DNA from: an uncultured Acidimicrobiaceae bacterium | Lineage (GTDB): Bacteria > Actinomycetota > Acidimicrobiia > Acidimicrobiales > Bog-793 | Assembly (NCBI GenBank): GCA_963803025.1 | Contig: CAWDKZ010000009.1 | Span: 36,616 to 100,615 of the forward strand | DNA length: 64,000 bases | Direction: 5' to 3' | Part shown: piece after piece, positions 19,082 to 29,247 of the stretch | Numbering within the stretch: position 1 is the first letter of the stretch | Layout of the letters: the number at the start of each line of letters is the position of its first letter | Translations under genes and position numbers: made by a program | Notes under the pieces: generated by a model | Seen by the model: the letters and a program-made list of their open reading frames with translations, nothing else | What the model was told of the DNA's origin: nothing | Database searches by the model: none

Positions 19082-20491
19082 TCAGGAACCGCGCAAGCGA
19101 ACGCGAAGCTTCATCGGGGTCGGCCCGAGGTCGAAGCGCTCGCGCAACGACCGCTCCACGTAGCGGAGGTAACCGCGTTGCAACCGGCGGCTCGCGAAGA
19201 TCGTCACGGTGGGCGGGTCGACCGCCCCCTGCACGGCGTAGAGGATCCGCGACCCGGCTGGCGGCTGCGCCGATTGGATCGCCTTGATCGCCTCGTTGAG
19301 AGCCCCCGTCGGCATCCGCCGGTGGTAGGCGTCGATGGCGGCGCGCAGCGCAGGAAGCAGGCGGTGCACTCCCCTGCCGCTCAACGCGGAGAGGCGGAGG
19401 ACTGGTGCGTAGCCGAGGAACCCGAGCCGATCGGCAACGTCCGTGACGACGGTAAGGCGCTCCTCGTTCGAGAGGAGATCCCATTTGTTGAGTACGACGA
19501 CGATCGGGTTGCCCGCCGCGTCGATCCGTTCGGCGAGGCGCTGATCCTGGTGCGTCACCCCGTCGCTCGCGTCGATGATGAGCAACGCCAGGTCGCTCCG
19601 GTCGATCGCCGCGAGGGAACGGACGAGGGAGAAGTACTCGGGACCGTCCTCGATCCGGGACTTGCGACGCAGTCCGGCCGTGTCGATGAAACGGATCCGA
19701 CCCTCGTCGGTCTCGACAATCGTGTCGATCGCGTCGCGGGTCGTGCCCGGCACGTCATGGACGACGACGCGTTCCGCGCCGACGAGGCGGTTGAAGAGGG
19801 TCGACTTGCCGACGTTCGGACGCCCGACGATCGTCACGGAGGCGACGACGCCGGCCTCGTCATCGGATCCCGCGACCCGTTCGGCACCGGCTGGACCCGA
19901 TTCGTCCCCCGATTCGCGGCCGGGAGCGGCAGCGGGGAACCGCGCCACGACGAGGTCGAGGAGGTCCCCGACGCCCCGTCCGTGCAGGGCGGAGACCGCG
20001 ATCGGACCCCCGAGGCCGAGGCGCGCGAGCTCCCAGGCCGCCGGCTCCTGGGCGGCGGAGTCGACCTTGTTCGCCACGATGATGACGGCCCGGTTCTTCT
20101 TGCGGAGCAGTTCCGCGACGGCCTCGTCTTCCGACGTGATCCCCGTCGTCGCGTCGACGACGAACAGCACGACATCGGCCTGGTCGACCGCCGTCCGCGC
20201 CTGGCCGCTCACCAACAGGTCGAGCGGCGCGCCCCGGGTCACGACCCCTCCGGTGTCGATGACGACGAAGCTCCTGCCGCTCCAGGACGTCTCGAGCTCG
20301 AGGCGGTCACGGGTCACCCCGGGGCGCTCCTCGACGATGGCGGCGCGCCGCCCGACGATCCGGTTGGCAAGCGTCGACTTCCCAACGTTCGGGCGTCCCG
20401 CGACGACGACGACCGGCAACCGGTCGGGACGACCGGCCCCGCGCGCCGGCTGCGGCCGTGTCTCCGCCGGTTCAACCGCCCCTCGGCTCAT
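19082..20491 (-). CDS. der: Ribosome biogenesis GTPase Der
   Basis: Two GRPNVGKS motifs, PGVTRD/PGTTRD, DTAG, NKWD. Confidence 0.97.
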   Translation of the reverse strand: MSRGAVEPAETRPQPARGAGRPDRLPVVVVAGRPNVGKSTLANRIVGRRAAIVEERPGVTRDRLELETSWSGRSFVVIDTGGVVTRGAPLDLLVSGQARTAVDQADVVLFVVDATTGITSEDEAVAELLRKKNRAVIIVANKVDSAAQEPAAWELARLGLGGPIAVSALHGRGVGDLLDLVVARFPAAAPGRESGDESGPAGAERVAGSDDEAGVVASVTIVGRPNVGKSTLFNRLVGAERVVVHDVPGTTRDAIDTIVETDEGRIRFIDTAGLRRKSRIEDGPEYFSLVRSLAAIDRSDLALLIIDASDGVTHQDQRLAERIDAAGNPIVVVLNKWDLLSNEERLTVVTDVADRLGFLGYAPVLRLSALSGRGVHRLLPALRAAIDAYHRRMPTGALNEAIKAIQSAQPPAGSRILYAVQGAVDPPTVTIFASRRLQRGYLRYVERSLRERFDLGPTPMKLRVRLRGS

Positions 20492-21906
20492 CGCGCGGTC
20501 CCCGCCGTCTCCACGGGATCCCGCGCGACACGGACCCCCACGAGCGCCCGACGCAACGAGGCCCCGTCCTCCGGGACGAACTCGACGGCGCGCGGGAGGT
20601 CCCCGGGCACCGCCCCATCGAGGAACCGGCCGTTCGACAGGCAGACCTCGGGAATGAGGACCCGCCGCTCCGCTGGCACGCGTGCGAGCGCGTCGGCGAG
20701 ATCGACGGAGGTGAGCAACCCCGTGACGCCGATGTTCCCGCCAAAGAAGGTGTTGGCGACGGCGACGGTTTCCACGTCGCAGTGGCCCGTCGCGTCGAGC
20801 AACGGCCGGAGCACCTGCAGGCCGTAGGCGCCGGTGAGGATCGTCACCGGCCGCTCGTGCGCGCCGGAGCCGACCCCGCCGGACGCCCCGCCGCCCGGGC
20901 CGGCGGCGCGCGGCGCCCGGTAGCCGAGGGCCGGCGCGCCGTCGACGGAACGGAAGAAGCCCCCGGCCCGCCCGCTCGGACGACCGGCCCCCGCCGCGAA
21001 CGCCTCGGCAAAGGCGCGCGCCATCCCGATGCCGTTTTCGTGCTGGGGGAAACCCTCATAAGCCGCGGCTGCGGGAAAGGGCCGCCTGCCGAGCAGGTAG
21101 TACTCGTCCGCCGCGAACACGAGCTGGCGACCGAGCGCCGCAAGACAGCGCTCCTGCCACGCGGCGACGGTATCGAGGACCGCGGCGACCTCGTCGGACG
21201 AGTGGGCCCGCATCGTCGCTTCGCGCGAGAACCTGCTCACGCCGAGCGGCACGACACCGACCGAGGCGAGCGTGGGGTACCGCTCGAGGATGCCTGCCAT
21301 CGTGCCCTCGAGGACGGCGCCGTCGTTCACGCCCGGGCACACGACGACCTGGCCGTGAACCTCGATTCCCTCGTCGAGAAGACGAGCCAACCAGCGCAGG
21401 CTCGTCGCGCCACGGCGGTTCCGCAGCAGCTGTGCCCGGACCTCGGGATCGGTCGCGTGGATCGAGACGTAGAGCGGTGAGAGCCGCTCGGTGACGACCC
21501 GCTCGAGGTCAAGCTCGGTGAAACGCGTGAGCGTCGTGAAGTTCCCGTAGAGGAACGACAGCCGGTAGTCGTCGTCTTTCACGTAGAGGCTGCGCCGCAT
21601 TCCCTTCGGGAGCTGATAGATGAAGCAGAAGGCGCAGTGGTTGTCACACGTCGTCACCCGGTCGAAGATCGCCGAGGAGACGGCGATGCCGAGCGGCTCG
21701 CCGGCGTGCTTCTCGACCACGACCTCGATCGTCGTGCCGCGCCGACCGAGCTCGAGCGCGACGACGGCTTCGTCGGCGAGCAGCTGGTAGTCGATCACGT
21801 CGCGGAGTACCGACCCGTTCAGCGCCAGGATCTCGTCGCCGACCTCAACCCCGGCCAGTTCCGCCGGCGACGCGGGCGCGACGCTCTCGACCTGCGGAAA
21901 CGCCAT
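20488..21906 (-). CDS. PDZ + DUF512 putative Fe-S protein
   Basis: CDNHCAFCFIYQLPKGMRRSLYVKDDDYRLSFLYGNF; QHENGIG; FFGGNIGVTGLL. Confidence 0.9.
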   Translation of the reverse strand: MAFPQVESVAPASPAELAGVEVGDEILALNGSVLRDVIDYQLLADEAVVALELGRRGTTIEVVVEKHAGEPLGIAVSSAIFDRVTTCDNHCAFCFIYQLPKGMRRSLYVKDDDYRLSFLYGNFTTLTRFTELDLERVVTERLSPLYVSIHATDPEVRAQLLRNRRGATSLRWLARLLDEGIEVHGQVVVCPGVNDGAVLEGTMAGILERYPTLASVGVVPLGVSRFSREATMRAHSSDEVAAVLDTVAAWQERCLAALGRQLVFAADEYYLLGRRPFPAAAAYEGFPQHENGIGMARAFAEAFAAGAGRPSGRAGGFFRSVDGAPALGYRAPRAAGPGGGASGGVGSGAHERPVTILTGAYGLQVLRPLLDATGHCDVETVAVANTFFGGNIGVTGLLTSVDLADALARVPAERRVLIPEVCLSNGRFLDGAVPGDLPRAVEFVPEDGASLRRALVGVRVARDPVETAGTAR

Positions 21907-21945
21907 CCGCCTAGCGTAGCTGGCGGCCTCGCTAGCCTGAGCGCC

Positions 21946-23049
21946 GTGGAAGTCGACCGCGTGCTGCTCGCCGAGCCGCGCGGTTTCTGCGCTGGGGTCG
22001 AGATGGCGATCAAGGCCCTGGCGTGGATGGTGCGGGTCTTCGAGCCGCCCGTCTACTGCTACCACGAGATCGTCCACAACCGCCTCGTCGTCGAGGAGTT
22101 CTCGCGCCAGGGCGTCGTCTTCGTCGACGACGTCGACGAAGTCCCCCCCGGGGCGCCGCTCATGCTCTCCGCCCACGGCTCAGCGCCTGAGGTGGAGCGG
22201 TCCGCGTCGGCCCACAACCGCCCCGTCGTGAACGCCGTCTGCCCCTTGGTCACCAAGGTCCACCATGAGCTGAAGGTCCGCGCCTCGAAGGGCTACACCG
22301 TCGTCTACGTCGGTCATGCCGGCCACGAGGAGGCGATCGGCACGATGGCCGTCGCGCCGAGCGCCGTGCGACTCGTCGAGAGCGAGGAGGACGTCGACGC
22401 CCTCGGGAGCCTCGGCTCCCCCGTGGCGTTGCTCGCGCAGACGACCTTGCCACACGACGAGTGGTCCGGCATCGCCGCCAGGACGAAGGAGCGCTTCCCG
22501 CAGCTGTGGATGCCGGGACGCTCCGACCTCTGCTACGCGACGACGAACCGCCAGGCGGCGTTGCGCGCGATCGCCGGACGGTGCGACTCCGTCGTCGTCA
22601 TCGGTTCGGCGAACTCCTCGAACACCGTCTCGCTCGCCCACGTCGCAGCGACGACGGGATGTCCGCGGGTGCTGCGCGTGAACTCGGCCGAAGAGCTGCC
22701 GGATGACCTCGCGGGCGTCGTCGGCGTCACCGCCGGCGCCTCGGCTCCCGAGCGGCTCGTCGACGAGGTCGTCCGCCGCCTCGCCCCCCGCCAGGGCGTC
22801 GAGGTGGTCGCCGCCGTCGCCGAGGAGGAGTACTTCCCTCCCCCGCCTGAACTGCGCGACCTGCTCCGCGCGGTGTGGTCCGCCGCCGCGGTCGCGCTCG
22901 GCCTCCTGCCGACGGGTCAACCGCCCGCGGCCGAGGACCACGAGGTGCCGGCCGCCGTCATGCTCGCCGGACGCGTCCTGGGACCGGTCGTCAGCGAAAT
23001 CACGTCACCGCATCCGCCACCGCCTCGTCGTGAGGCCGCGCGCCGATGA
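21946..23049 (+). CDS. ispH: 4-hydroxy-3-methylbut-2-enyl diphosphate reductase
   Basis: PRGFCAGV, HEIVHN, SAHG, CPLVTKVH, AQTT, CYATTNRQ, GSANSSN, TAGASAPE. Confidence 0.97.
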   Translation: MEVDRVLLAEPRGFCAGVEMAIKALAWMVRVFEPPVYCYHEIVHNRLVVEEFSRQGVVFVDDVDEVPPGAPLMLSAHGSAPEVERSASAHNRPVVNAVCPLVTKVHHELKVRASKGYTVVYVGHAGHEEAIGTMAVAPSAVRLVESEEDVDALGSLGSPVALLAQTTLPHDEWSGIAARTKERFPQLWMPGRSDLCYATTNRQAALRAIAGRCDSVVVIGSANSSNTVSLAHVAATTGCPRVLRVNSAEELPDDLAGVVGVTAGASAPERLVDEVVRRLAPRQGVEVVAAVAEEEYFPPPPELRDLLRAVWSAAAVALGLLPTGQPPAAEDHEVPAAVMLAGRVLGPVVSEITSPHPPPPRREAARR

Positions 23050-23849
23050 ACCCCCGCCAGGTCCGCCGGCGTCAGGCGGTCGACGAGCTCGTCGACTCCG
23101 TCGCACTCGACGAGTTCCACGCCGCCCATGGCGACCCCGAGTTCGCCCGGGTCGTCGTCGTCGCCGCCGCCTACCACGAGCGGGAGAACATCGGCCGCGT
23201 CCTCGACGCGCTGCCGGCCGAGCTCTGCGGTGAGCCGATCTCGTTCCTCGTCGTCATCGACGGCGAGGAGGACGGCACCGCCGAGTTCGTGCGCAAGTCC
23301 GGCCACTACGCCGTCATCGCGCCGGTGAACCGCGGCCAGGGCGCCGCCCTGCGGCTCGGCTACCGGGTCGCAGCCGAGCACGGCGCGCACTACATCGTCA
23401 CCGCCGACGCCGACGGCCAGTCGGACCCCGCCGACCTCGCCGTCGTGCTGCGCCCGGTCCTCGCCAACGAGGCTGATCTCGTCACGGGATCGCGCCGGCT
23501 CGGTCGCACCGAGTCGGCCGACATCGTGCGCAACTTCGGGATCGTCTTCTTCGCCGTCGTCATCACCGCGCTCACCGGCACCAAGGTGACCGACGTCGCC
23601 AACCCGATCCGCGCGATGCGGGCGGACCTTCCCCTGCGGCTGACCCTCGCCGAACCGCAGTACCAGTCGTCCGAGCTCCTGATCGGGGCGGTGATGGGCG
23701 GGGCGCGCTACGCCGAACGCCCGGTCACGATGCTCGCCCGCGTCTCGGGGCACTCGAAGAAGGGCGGCAACCTCGTCTACGGCTACCGCTTCACCCGCGT
23801 CGTCCTCCGCACCTGGTGGCGGGAACGCCGGGCGCGGCGTTCCCGCTAG
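23046..23849 (+). CDS. GT2 glycosyltransferase (polyprenol-phosphate glycosyltransferase-like)
   Basis: NRGQGAAL, DADGQ, TGSRR. Confidence 0.85.
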   Translation: MNPRQVRRRQAVDELVDSVALDEFHAAHGDPEFARVVVVAAAYHERENIGRVLDALPAELCGEPISFLVVIDGEEDGTAEFVRKSGHYAVIAPVNRGQGAALRLGYRVAAEHGAHYIVTADADGQSDPADLAVVLRPVLANEADLVTGSRRLGRTESADIVRNFGIVFFAVVITALTGTKVTDVANPIRAMRADLPLRLTLAEPQYQSSELLIGAVMGGARYAERPVTMLARVSGHSKKGGNLVYGYRFTRVVLRTWWRERRARRSR

Positions 23850-24754
23850 TCCGCTCGACCCGCGCCGTTGGCGCGGAAGTCCTCCCAGGTCGCGGCCAGG
23901 CCGGCCCGCAGGTCGTAGGCCGGCGCGTAGCCGAGGGAGCGGGCGCGGCTCGTGTCGACGACGACCGCCGGCATCTCGCCGGGCTTGGCGGCGACGTGCT
24001 CGGCGCCGATCTCGACCCCGGTGACCGCGCAGGCCGTCTGCCAGAGCTCGTTCATCGAGACGGACCGGCCGGCGCCGATCGTCAGCGTCTCGGCGCGGCC
24101 GAGCGCCAGGCCGATCTCGACCGCCGCGACGGTGTCGGTCACGTAGACGTAGTCGCGCCGCTGCTCGCCGTCGCCGTAGATCTGGATCGTGCCGCCGTTG
24201 ACGGCGCAGCGCATCAGGCGCGCGACGACGCTGTCCTTCGACTGCATGCCGGCGCCGTAGACGTTGGTGAACCGCAGCACGACGGTGGTGAACCCGTAGC
24301 TCGCGGCATAGGCCGAGAAGAGCATCTCGGCGGCCGCCTTCGTCGCGCCGTACGGGGTGAGCGGGCGCGGCAGCACGTTCTCGTCGATCTTGCCGGCCCC
24401 GACGTCGCCCGCGACGGCGTTCGTCGAGGCGAAGACGAAGCGGCCGACGCCGAGGGCGCGGCAGCGCTCGAGGAGGAGCTCGGTGGCGTCGACGTTCGTC
24501 TGGAACACGGCGTGCGGCTCCTGCGCGGAGCGCAGCACGGACGTGATCGCCGCGAGGTGGACGACCGCGTCCGTGCCCGGGGCGAGCGCCCGCGCGACGA
24601 CGCCGGGATCACGCAGATCGCCGACGACGCAGGCGACGGACGGGCTCGGGAAGGCATGCAGGTCGGCGACGACGACGTCATCGCCGCGAACCAACAGGCG
24701 CGCCACGACGTGGCGGCCGATGAACCCGGAACCTCCGGTCACGACGACGTGCAC
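23846..24754 (-). CDS. NAD-dependent epimerase (UDP-glucose 4-epimerase-like)
   Basis: TGGSGFIG, HLAA, YGATK, RFTNVYG, GDGEQRRDYVYV. Confidence 0.9.
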   Translation of the reverse strand: MHVVVTGGSGFIGRHVVARLLVRGDDVVVADLHAFPSPSVACVVGDLRDPGVVARALAPGTDAVVHLAAITSVLRSAQEPHAVFQTNVDATELLLERCRALGVGRFVFASTNAVAGDVGAGKIDENVLPRPLTPYGATKAAAEMLFSAYAASYGFTTVVLRFTNVYGAGMQSKDSVVARLMRCAVNGGTIQIYGDGEQRRDYVYVTDTVAAVEIGLALGRAETLTIGAGRSVSMNELWQTACAVTGVEIGAEHVAAKPGEMPAVVVDTSRARSLGYAPAYDLRAGLAATWEDFRANGAGRAD

Positions 24755-24811
24755 AGCCTCTCCTTTCCGCCAGCCGCCCCGGGGCGAGCCCCCGCGGGTC
24801 GGGGCGAGACC

Positions 24812-26164
24812 CTAGCGCCGGACGACGATCGACGCGGCTTCGTCGCTCAGCGCCTGGATGGCCCCGCGCAACTCCTCGGTGAGGGCGTGGACCGCGGAGC
24901 GCGGCACCCTCGTGCGGCCGTCGGTCGCGTGGTGCTCGACGCCGGTCATGATCGGCTCGCCGACGACGCAGGCGACACGGCTCGGCCTCGGCAGTCGTTT
25001 GCCCCGCGGCAGCGTCCGGTCCGTTCCCGCCAGGCCGATCGGGACGAGCGGCACGCCGGCGCGCAGCGCGAGGTACGCCGCCCCCTCCCTGGTCGGGCCG
25101 ATCGTCGGTCCCGCGTTGCGCGTCCCCTCGGGGAAGATGACGAGCGGTTCGCCGGCGACGAGCACCTCGAGAGCACGGTTGAACGCCTCGCGATCGGTCG
25201 CCTGCCGGTTCACCGGGAAGGCGCCGAGCGTCTCGATCAGCCAGTTGAACGGGCGGTAGACGAAGATCCCCGACTTGGCGATGAATCGCAGCCTCCGCCG
25301 CGTGATGCGGGCGACGATGAGAAAATCGATGTCCGAGCGGTGCAGTGGCGCGAGGAGGTACGGGCCGGACCGCGGCAGGTGTTCGGCGCCGACGATCGGC
25401 CCGTGCATGAACAGGCGCCCGGCCCCGACGGCGATGGCACGGCAGACGGCGTAGAACCAGCGCACCCGCCACGAGATCGGCCGGACCGGTCTCGATCCGG
25501 CGCCGCCCGCCGGTTCCGGGTCGGGACCGACGAGCGCGGCGATCTCGGCGACGATCGATGCGATCGAACGCCCCGTCGAGTCGATGACGACCGCGTCGGC
25601 GGCCGGCACGAGCGGAGACACCTCCCGCGTCGAATCCAGCTCATCACGCGTCGCGATCGCCGCGGCGACCGCGGCGAGGTCGACCGAGCCCGTGTCCGTC
25701 GCCTGGTCGAGCGCGCGTCGCCGGGCCCTCTCACCCGGCGCCGCCGTGAGGAAGACCTTGACGGGCGCGTCCGGCAGGACGACGGTGCCGATGTCGCGCC
25801 CCTCGACGACACCGGAGCGGCGCGCGGCGACCCAGGCACGCTGGCGCGCGACGAGCGCTCGGCGCACGGCCGCGTGGGCGGAGACCGCGCTCACCGCGGC
25901 GTCGACCCCGGGCGCGCGGATCGCCTCGGTGACGTCCTCGCCGTCGACCGTGACGCGTCCGGCGACCTCGAGGTCGAGCTCGCAGGCGAGTTCGCCGAGC
26001 CGGGCGCCGTCGGAGGTGGGGATCCCCCGCCGCAAGGCGAGAAGCGTCACCGCCCGGTACATCGCCCCGGTGTCGAGGCGCGCCACCCCCAGCCGGGTGG
26101 CGAGCTCGGCCGCGACGGAGGACTTGCCGGCGCCGCCCGGCCCGTCGATCGCGATCACCGGCAC
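24812..26164 (-). CDS. cmk: Cytidylate kinase fused to lysophospholipid acyltransferase (Cmk-PlsC)
   Basis: IAIDGPGGAGKS, LDTGAMYR, VEGRDIG; then HRSDID, FPVNR, IFPEGTR in the same frame. Confidence 0.9.
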   Translation of the reverse strand: MPVIAIDGPGGAGKSSVAAELATRLGVARLDTGAMYRAVTLLALRRGIPTSDGARLGELACELDLEVAGRVTVDGEDVTEAIRAPGVDAAVSAVSAHAAVRRALVARQRAWVAARRSGVVEGRDIGTVVLPDAPVKVFLTAAPGERARRRALDQATDTGSVDLAAVAAAIATRDELDSTREVSPLVPAADAVVIDSTGRSIASIVAEIAALVGPDPEPAGGAGSRPVRPISWRVRWFYAVCRAIAVGAGRLFMHGPIVGAEHLPRSGPYLLAPLHRSDIDFLIVARITRRRLRFIAKSGIFVYRPFNWLIETLGAFPVNRQATDREAFNRALEVLVAGEPLVIFPEGTRNAGPTIGPTREGAAYLALRAGVPLVPIGLAGTDRTLPRGKRLPRPSRVACVVGEPIMTGVEHHATDGRTRVPRSAVHALTEELRGAIQALSDEAASIVVRR

Positions 26165-27441
26165 CCGAGGCTCCTCAGGTCGTCGATGAAGCCGGGCCAC
26201 GTCACCGCGGAAGCGGCGAAGTCCTCGATCTGCACCGCACCCGACGGGCCGAGCCCGGCCACGGCGAGCGCCATCGCCACCCGGTGGTCGCCGTGCGAGC
26301 TCACCGTGCCGTGCGGCGCGAAACCGCCGCCCCTGATCACGAGACCGTCGGGGAGCTCCCGCACCCTGGCGCCGAGCACGGCGAGCTCGGCGGCCATCGT
26401 CGCGATACGGTCGCTCTCTTTCACCCGCAGCTCGGCGGCGTCGGTGATCGTCGTCACCCCGTCGGCGAAGGCGGCGGCGACGGCGAGGACGGGGAGCTCG
26501 TCGATGAGCGAGGGGATCTCGCCACCGCTGATCGCCGTGGCGACGAGGGGCGCGTGCCGCACGAGGAGATCCCCGGTCGTCGCGTCGCGCGGGACGATCT
26601 CGATCGACGCCCCCATCCGGCGCAGCACGTCGACGAAGCCGAGGCGCCCCGGACCGCAGTAGACGTGCTCGATCCGGATCTCGCTGCCCGCGACGAGGCT
26701 CGCCGCGACGGCGAGGAAGGCCGCCTGCGAGGGGTCGCCGGGGACGTCGATCTCGAACGGCACGAGGGCGCTGCGCCTGACGGTGACCGCGTAGCCCGCC
26801 GCCCCTTCGTCGACGTCCATCGCCGCGCCACAGCGCGCGAACAGCTCCTCGGTGTGGCGGCGGGTCGCCACCGGCTCGCGCACGACCGTCTCCCCGTCGG
26901 CGTCGAGACCGGCGAGAAGGATCGCCCCTTTCACCTGGGAAGAGGACACCGCCGGCGTGTAGTCGATGCCGGTGAGCCTGCCTCCCCGCACGTCGAGCGG
27001 CGCGAGCTTCCCGCCGTCGGCACCCTCGACGGAGGCCCCCATCGCCCGCAACGGCGCGACGACGCGGTCCATCGGGCGCCGGCGCACCGAGGCGTCCCCG
27101 TCGAGCACGCAGCGGAACGGCAGCGTCGCGCAGACCCCGGCGAGCAGGCGGACCGCGCTCGCGGAGTTGCCGAGGTCGATGGGACGGTCCGGGGCGCGCA
27201 GCCGCTCCCGCCCGCCGACGACCGTCTCGCGGTCGAAATAGGCACCGAGCGCCCCCAACGCGGCGCGCGTGCGCGCGACGTCGTCACCACGGGGCAGGCC
27301 GCGCAGCCGCGACGTCCCGGAGGCGAGGGCGGCACAGATGAGGGCGCGGTGGGCGATCGACTTGTCACCCGGCACCCGGATCACGCCGCGCAGGGGCCCG
27401 GCTTCCGAGAACGTCGCCGTCGGCGGCGCCGGGCCGCTCAT
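26155..27441 (-). CDS. aroA: EPSP synthase
   Basis: PGDKSIAHR, RRPMDR, SSQVK, HTE, DELP, LRVKESDR, GDHRVAM. Confidence 0.96.
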   Translation of the reverse strand: MSGPAPPTATFSEAGPLRGVIRVPGDKSIAHRALICAALASGTSRLRGLPRGDDVARTRAALGALGAYFDRETVVGGRERLRAPDRPIDLGNSASAVRLLAGVCATLPFRCVLDGDASVRRRPMDRVVAPLRAMGASVEGADGGKLAPLDVRGGRLTGIDYTPAVSSSQVKGAILLAGLDADGETVVREPVATRRHTEELFARCGAAMDVDEGAAGYAVTVRRSALVPFEIDVPGDPSQAAFLAVAASLVAGSEIRIEHVYCGPGRLGFVDVLRRMGASIEIVPRDATTGDLLVRHAPLVATAISGGEIPSLIDELPVLAVAAAFADGVTTITDAAELRVKESDRIATMAAELAVLGARVRELPDGLVIRGGGFAPHGTVSSHGDHRVAMALAVAGLGPSGAVQIEDFAASAVTWPGFIDDLRSLGCR

Positions 27442-27523
27442 CGGGACCGGCCCGCCACCCGCCCGTCGCGGCGCGCGCCGCGGCCGCGACCGCCGGCCGT
27501 CGCCCCCGGCATCGCGGCCGTCC

Positions 27524-27895
27524 TCAGCCGAGGAGATCGGGGCGGAGCGACGCCGCGCCCTCGAGGTAGACGTGCTGGATCGCCGCCCGGTCGCGCTCGG
27601 TGTAGCAGTGGACGAGGACCCGGATGCAACGGGGCACCGTCCCGGCGACGGCCATCTCCTGGCAGCCGAGCAACGGCAAGTCGGCGAAGCCCGGGACGGC
27701 CCGCGCCGCGGCCGCCGGGAAGGCCGACGTCACGTCCCCGGTCGCGGTGAAGATCGCGCTCACGAGGTCGTCCGGCAGCAGCGAATTGCGCGCGAGGATC
27801 GCCTCGACGAGCGCGGCGACGCGTTCGCGCACCTGGCTCTCGGTGTCCTCGTCGAGCGTCGTCGCGCCTCGCACCGCCCGCAGAACGACCGCCAT
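27524..27895 (-). CDS. aroH: AroH-type chorismate mutase
   Basis: RAVRGAT, FPAAAAR, EMAVAG, CIRVL, HVYLEGAASLRPD. Confidence 0.93.
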   Translation of the reverse strand: MAVVLRAVRGATTLDEDTESQVRERVAALVEAILARNSLLPDDLVSAIFTATGDVTSAFPAAAARAVPGFADLPLLGCQEMAVAGTVPRCIRVLVHCYTERDRAAIQHVYLEGAASLRPDLLG

Positions 27896-27907
27896 CGCCC
27901 TCGCAGC

Positions 27908-28663
27908 CTACTCAGTGCCGATCCGGCCGCCCCTTCCCGCCCGGCCGGCCGCTTCGCGCAGGGCCCGCACCTCGTCGGCCGTCAGGGCGCGGCACTCCCC
28001 CGGTGCGAGACGGTCATCGGCGAGCGGTCCGATCCGCGTCCGCACGAGTCGGCGGACCGGATGGCCGACCGCCCCGCACATCCGACGCACCTGGCGGTAG
28101 CGGCCCTCGTGGATGACGATGCGCAGCACCCCGGGTCCGCGGCGCGCCACCCTCGCCGGCGCCGTGACGACGCCCGGCTCGATCTCGACCCCTGCCCGCA
28201 GCGCCCGCAGCGCGGCGGGCGCGGGATCGCCCTCCACCTCAGCGAGGTACTCCTTTTCGACCCCGTGGCTCGGATGGGCCAGCAGCTGCGCCAGTTCGCC
28301 GTCGTTCGTGCAGATGATGAGACCCTCGGTCGCGCCGTCGAGTCGTCCGACGGCGAATACCCGCGGCTCCGCCGGCACGAGATCGAGGATGGTCGGGCGC
28401 CCCTCGGGGTCGCGCGCCGTCGTGACGACCCCGACCGGCTTGTTCACGAGCCAGTAGACGAGCCCGGGCAGGATCCCCACGGCGACGCCGTCGACGGCCA
28501 CCCGGTCACGCCCCGGCACGACGCGCCGGCCGAGCCGGGCGACCTCCCCGTTCACCGTCACCCGTCCCGCCTCGATCAGGATCTCGGCGGACCGGCGTGA
28601 GCCGAAGCCGGTCCGGGCGAGCACCTTCTGCAGGCGGACGCCCTCGGGGGGGTCGCTCGTCAC
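27908..28663 (-). CDS. rRNA pseudouridine synthase (RluB/RsuA family)
   Basis: RLQKVLA, SRR S4 domain, GRLDGATEGL, EGRYRQVRRM. Confidence 0.93.
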   Translation of the reverse strand: MTSDPPEGVRLQKVLARTGFGSRRSAEILIEAGRVTVNGEVARLGRRVVPGRDRVAVDGVAVGILPGLVYWLVNKPVGVVTTARDPEGRPTILDLVPAEPRVFAVGRLDGATEGLIICTNDGELAQLLAHPSHGVEKEYLAEVEGDPAPAALRALRAGVEIEPGVVTAPARVARRGPGVLRIVIHEGRYRQVRRMCGAVGHPVRRLVRTRIGPLADDRLAPGECRALTADEVRALREAAGRAGRGGRIGTE

Positions 28664-29247
28664 TCCGCCGGGCCGGCGCGCAGTGCCCTTTCCAGGCCCT
28701 CGACGATTCCCGCGTCCGGCACGAAACCTTCGAGCGGCGGCAGGTCGCGCAGCGAGTCGAGCCCGAGCCGCTCGAGGAAGGTCGCGGTCGTCCCAAAAAG
28801 GATCGCCAGTCCCGGACCGTCGTCCCGGCCGACCGGCTCCACGTAGCCGCGCTGGGTGAGCAGCCGCAGCACACCCTCACAGTTCACGCCGCGGATCGCC
28901 GCCACCTGGGCCCGGCTGATCGGCTGTTTGTAGGCGACGATGGCGAGCGTCTCGAGCGCGGCCGGCGAGAGGCGGTGCGGCGCGTCGTCGAGGATGAACC
29001 GCTCGACGTAGCCGCGGTAGGCCGGGTGGCTCTGCAGACGGTAACCGCCGGCGATCCGCACGAGCTCGAAGCCGCGCTCCTCTTCTTCGTAGGACAGCCG
29101 CAGCGCGGCGCACAGCTCGTCGGCGCGCTCGACGGGCACCTCGAGGAGCCCGGCGAGGAGTCCGGCCGGCACCGGTTCGGTCGCGACGGTGAGGACCGCC
29201 TCGATGGCGGCCGCGTCGGCGCGCCACTGGTCCGGGAGCGGGCTCAC
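28660..29247 (-). CDS. scpB: SMC-Scp complex subunit ScpB
   Basis: LSPAALETLAIVAYKQPISRA, FGTTATFLERLGL. Confidence 0.95.
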   Translation of the reverse strand: MSPLPDQWRADAAAIEAVLTVATEPVPAGLLAGLLEVPVERADELCAALRLSYEEEERGFELVRIAGGYRLQSHPAYRGYVERFILDDAPHRLSPAALETLAIVAYKQPISRAQVAAIRGVNCEGVLRLLTQRGYVEPVGRDDGPGLAILFGTTATFLERLGLDSLRDLPPLEGFVPDAGIVEGLERALRAGPAE

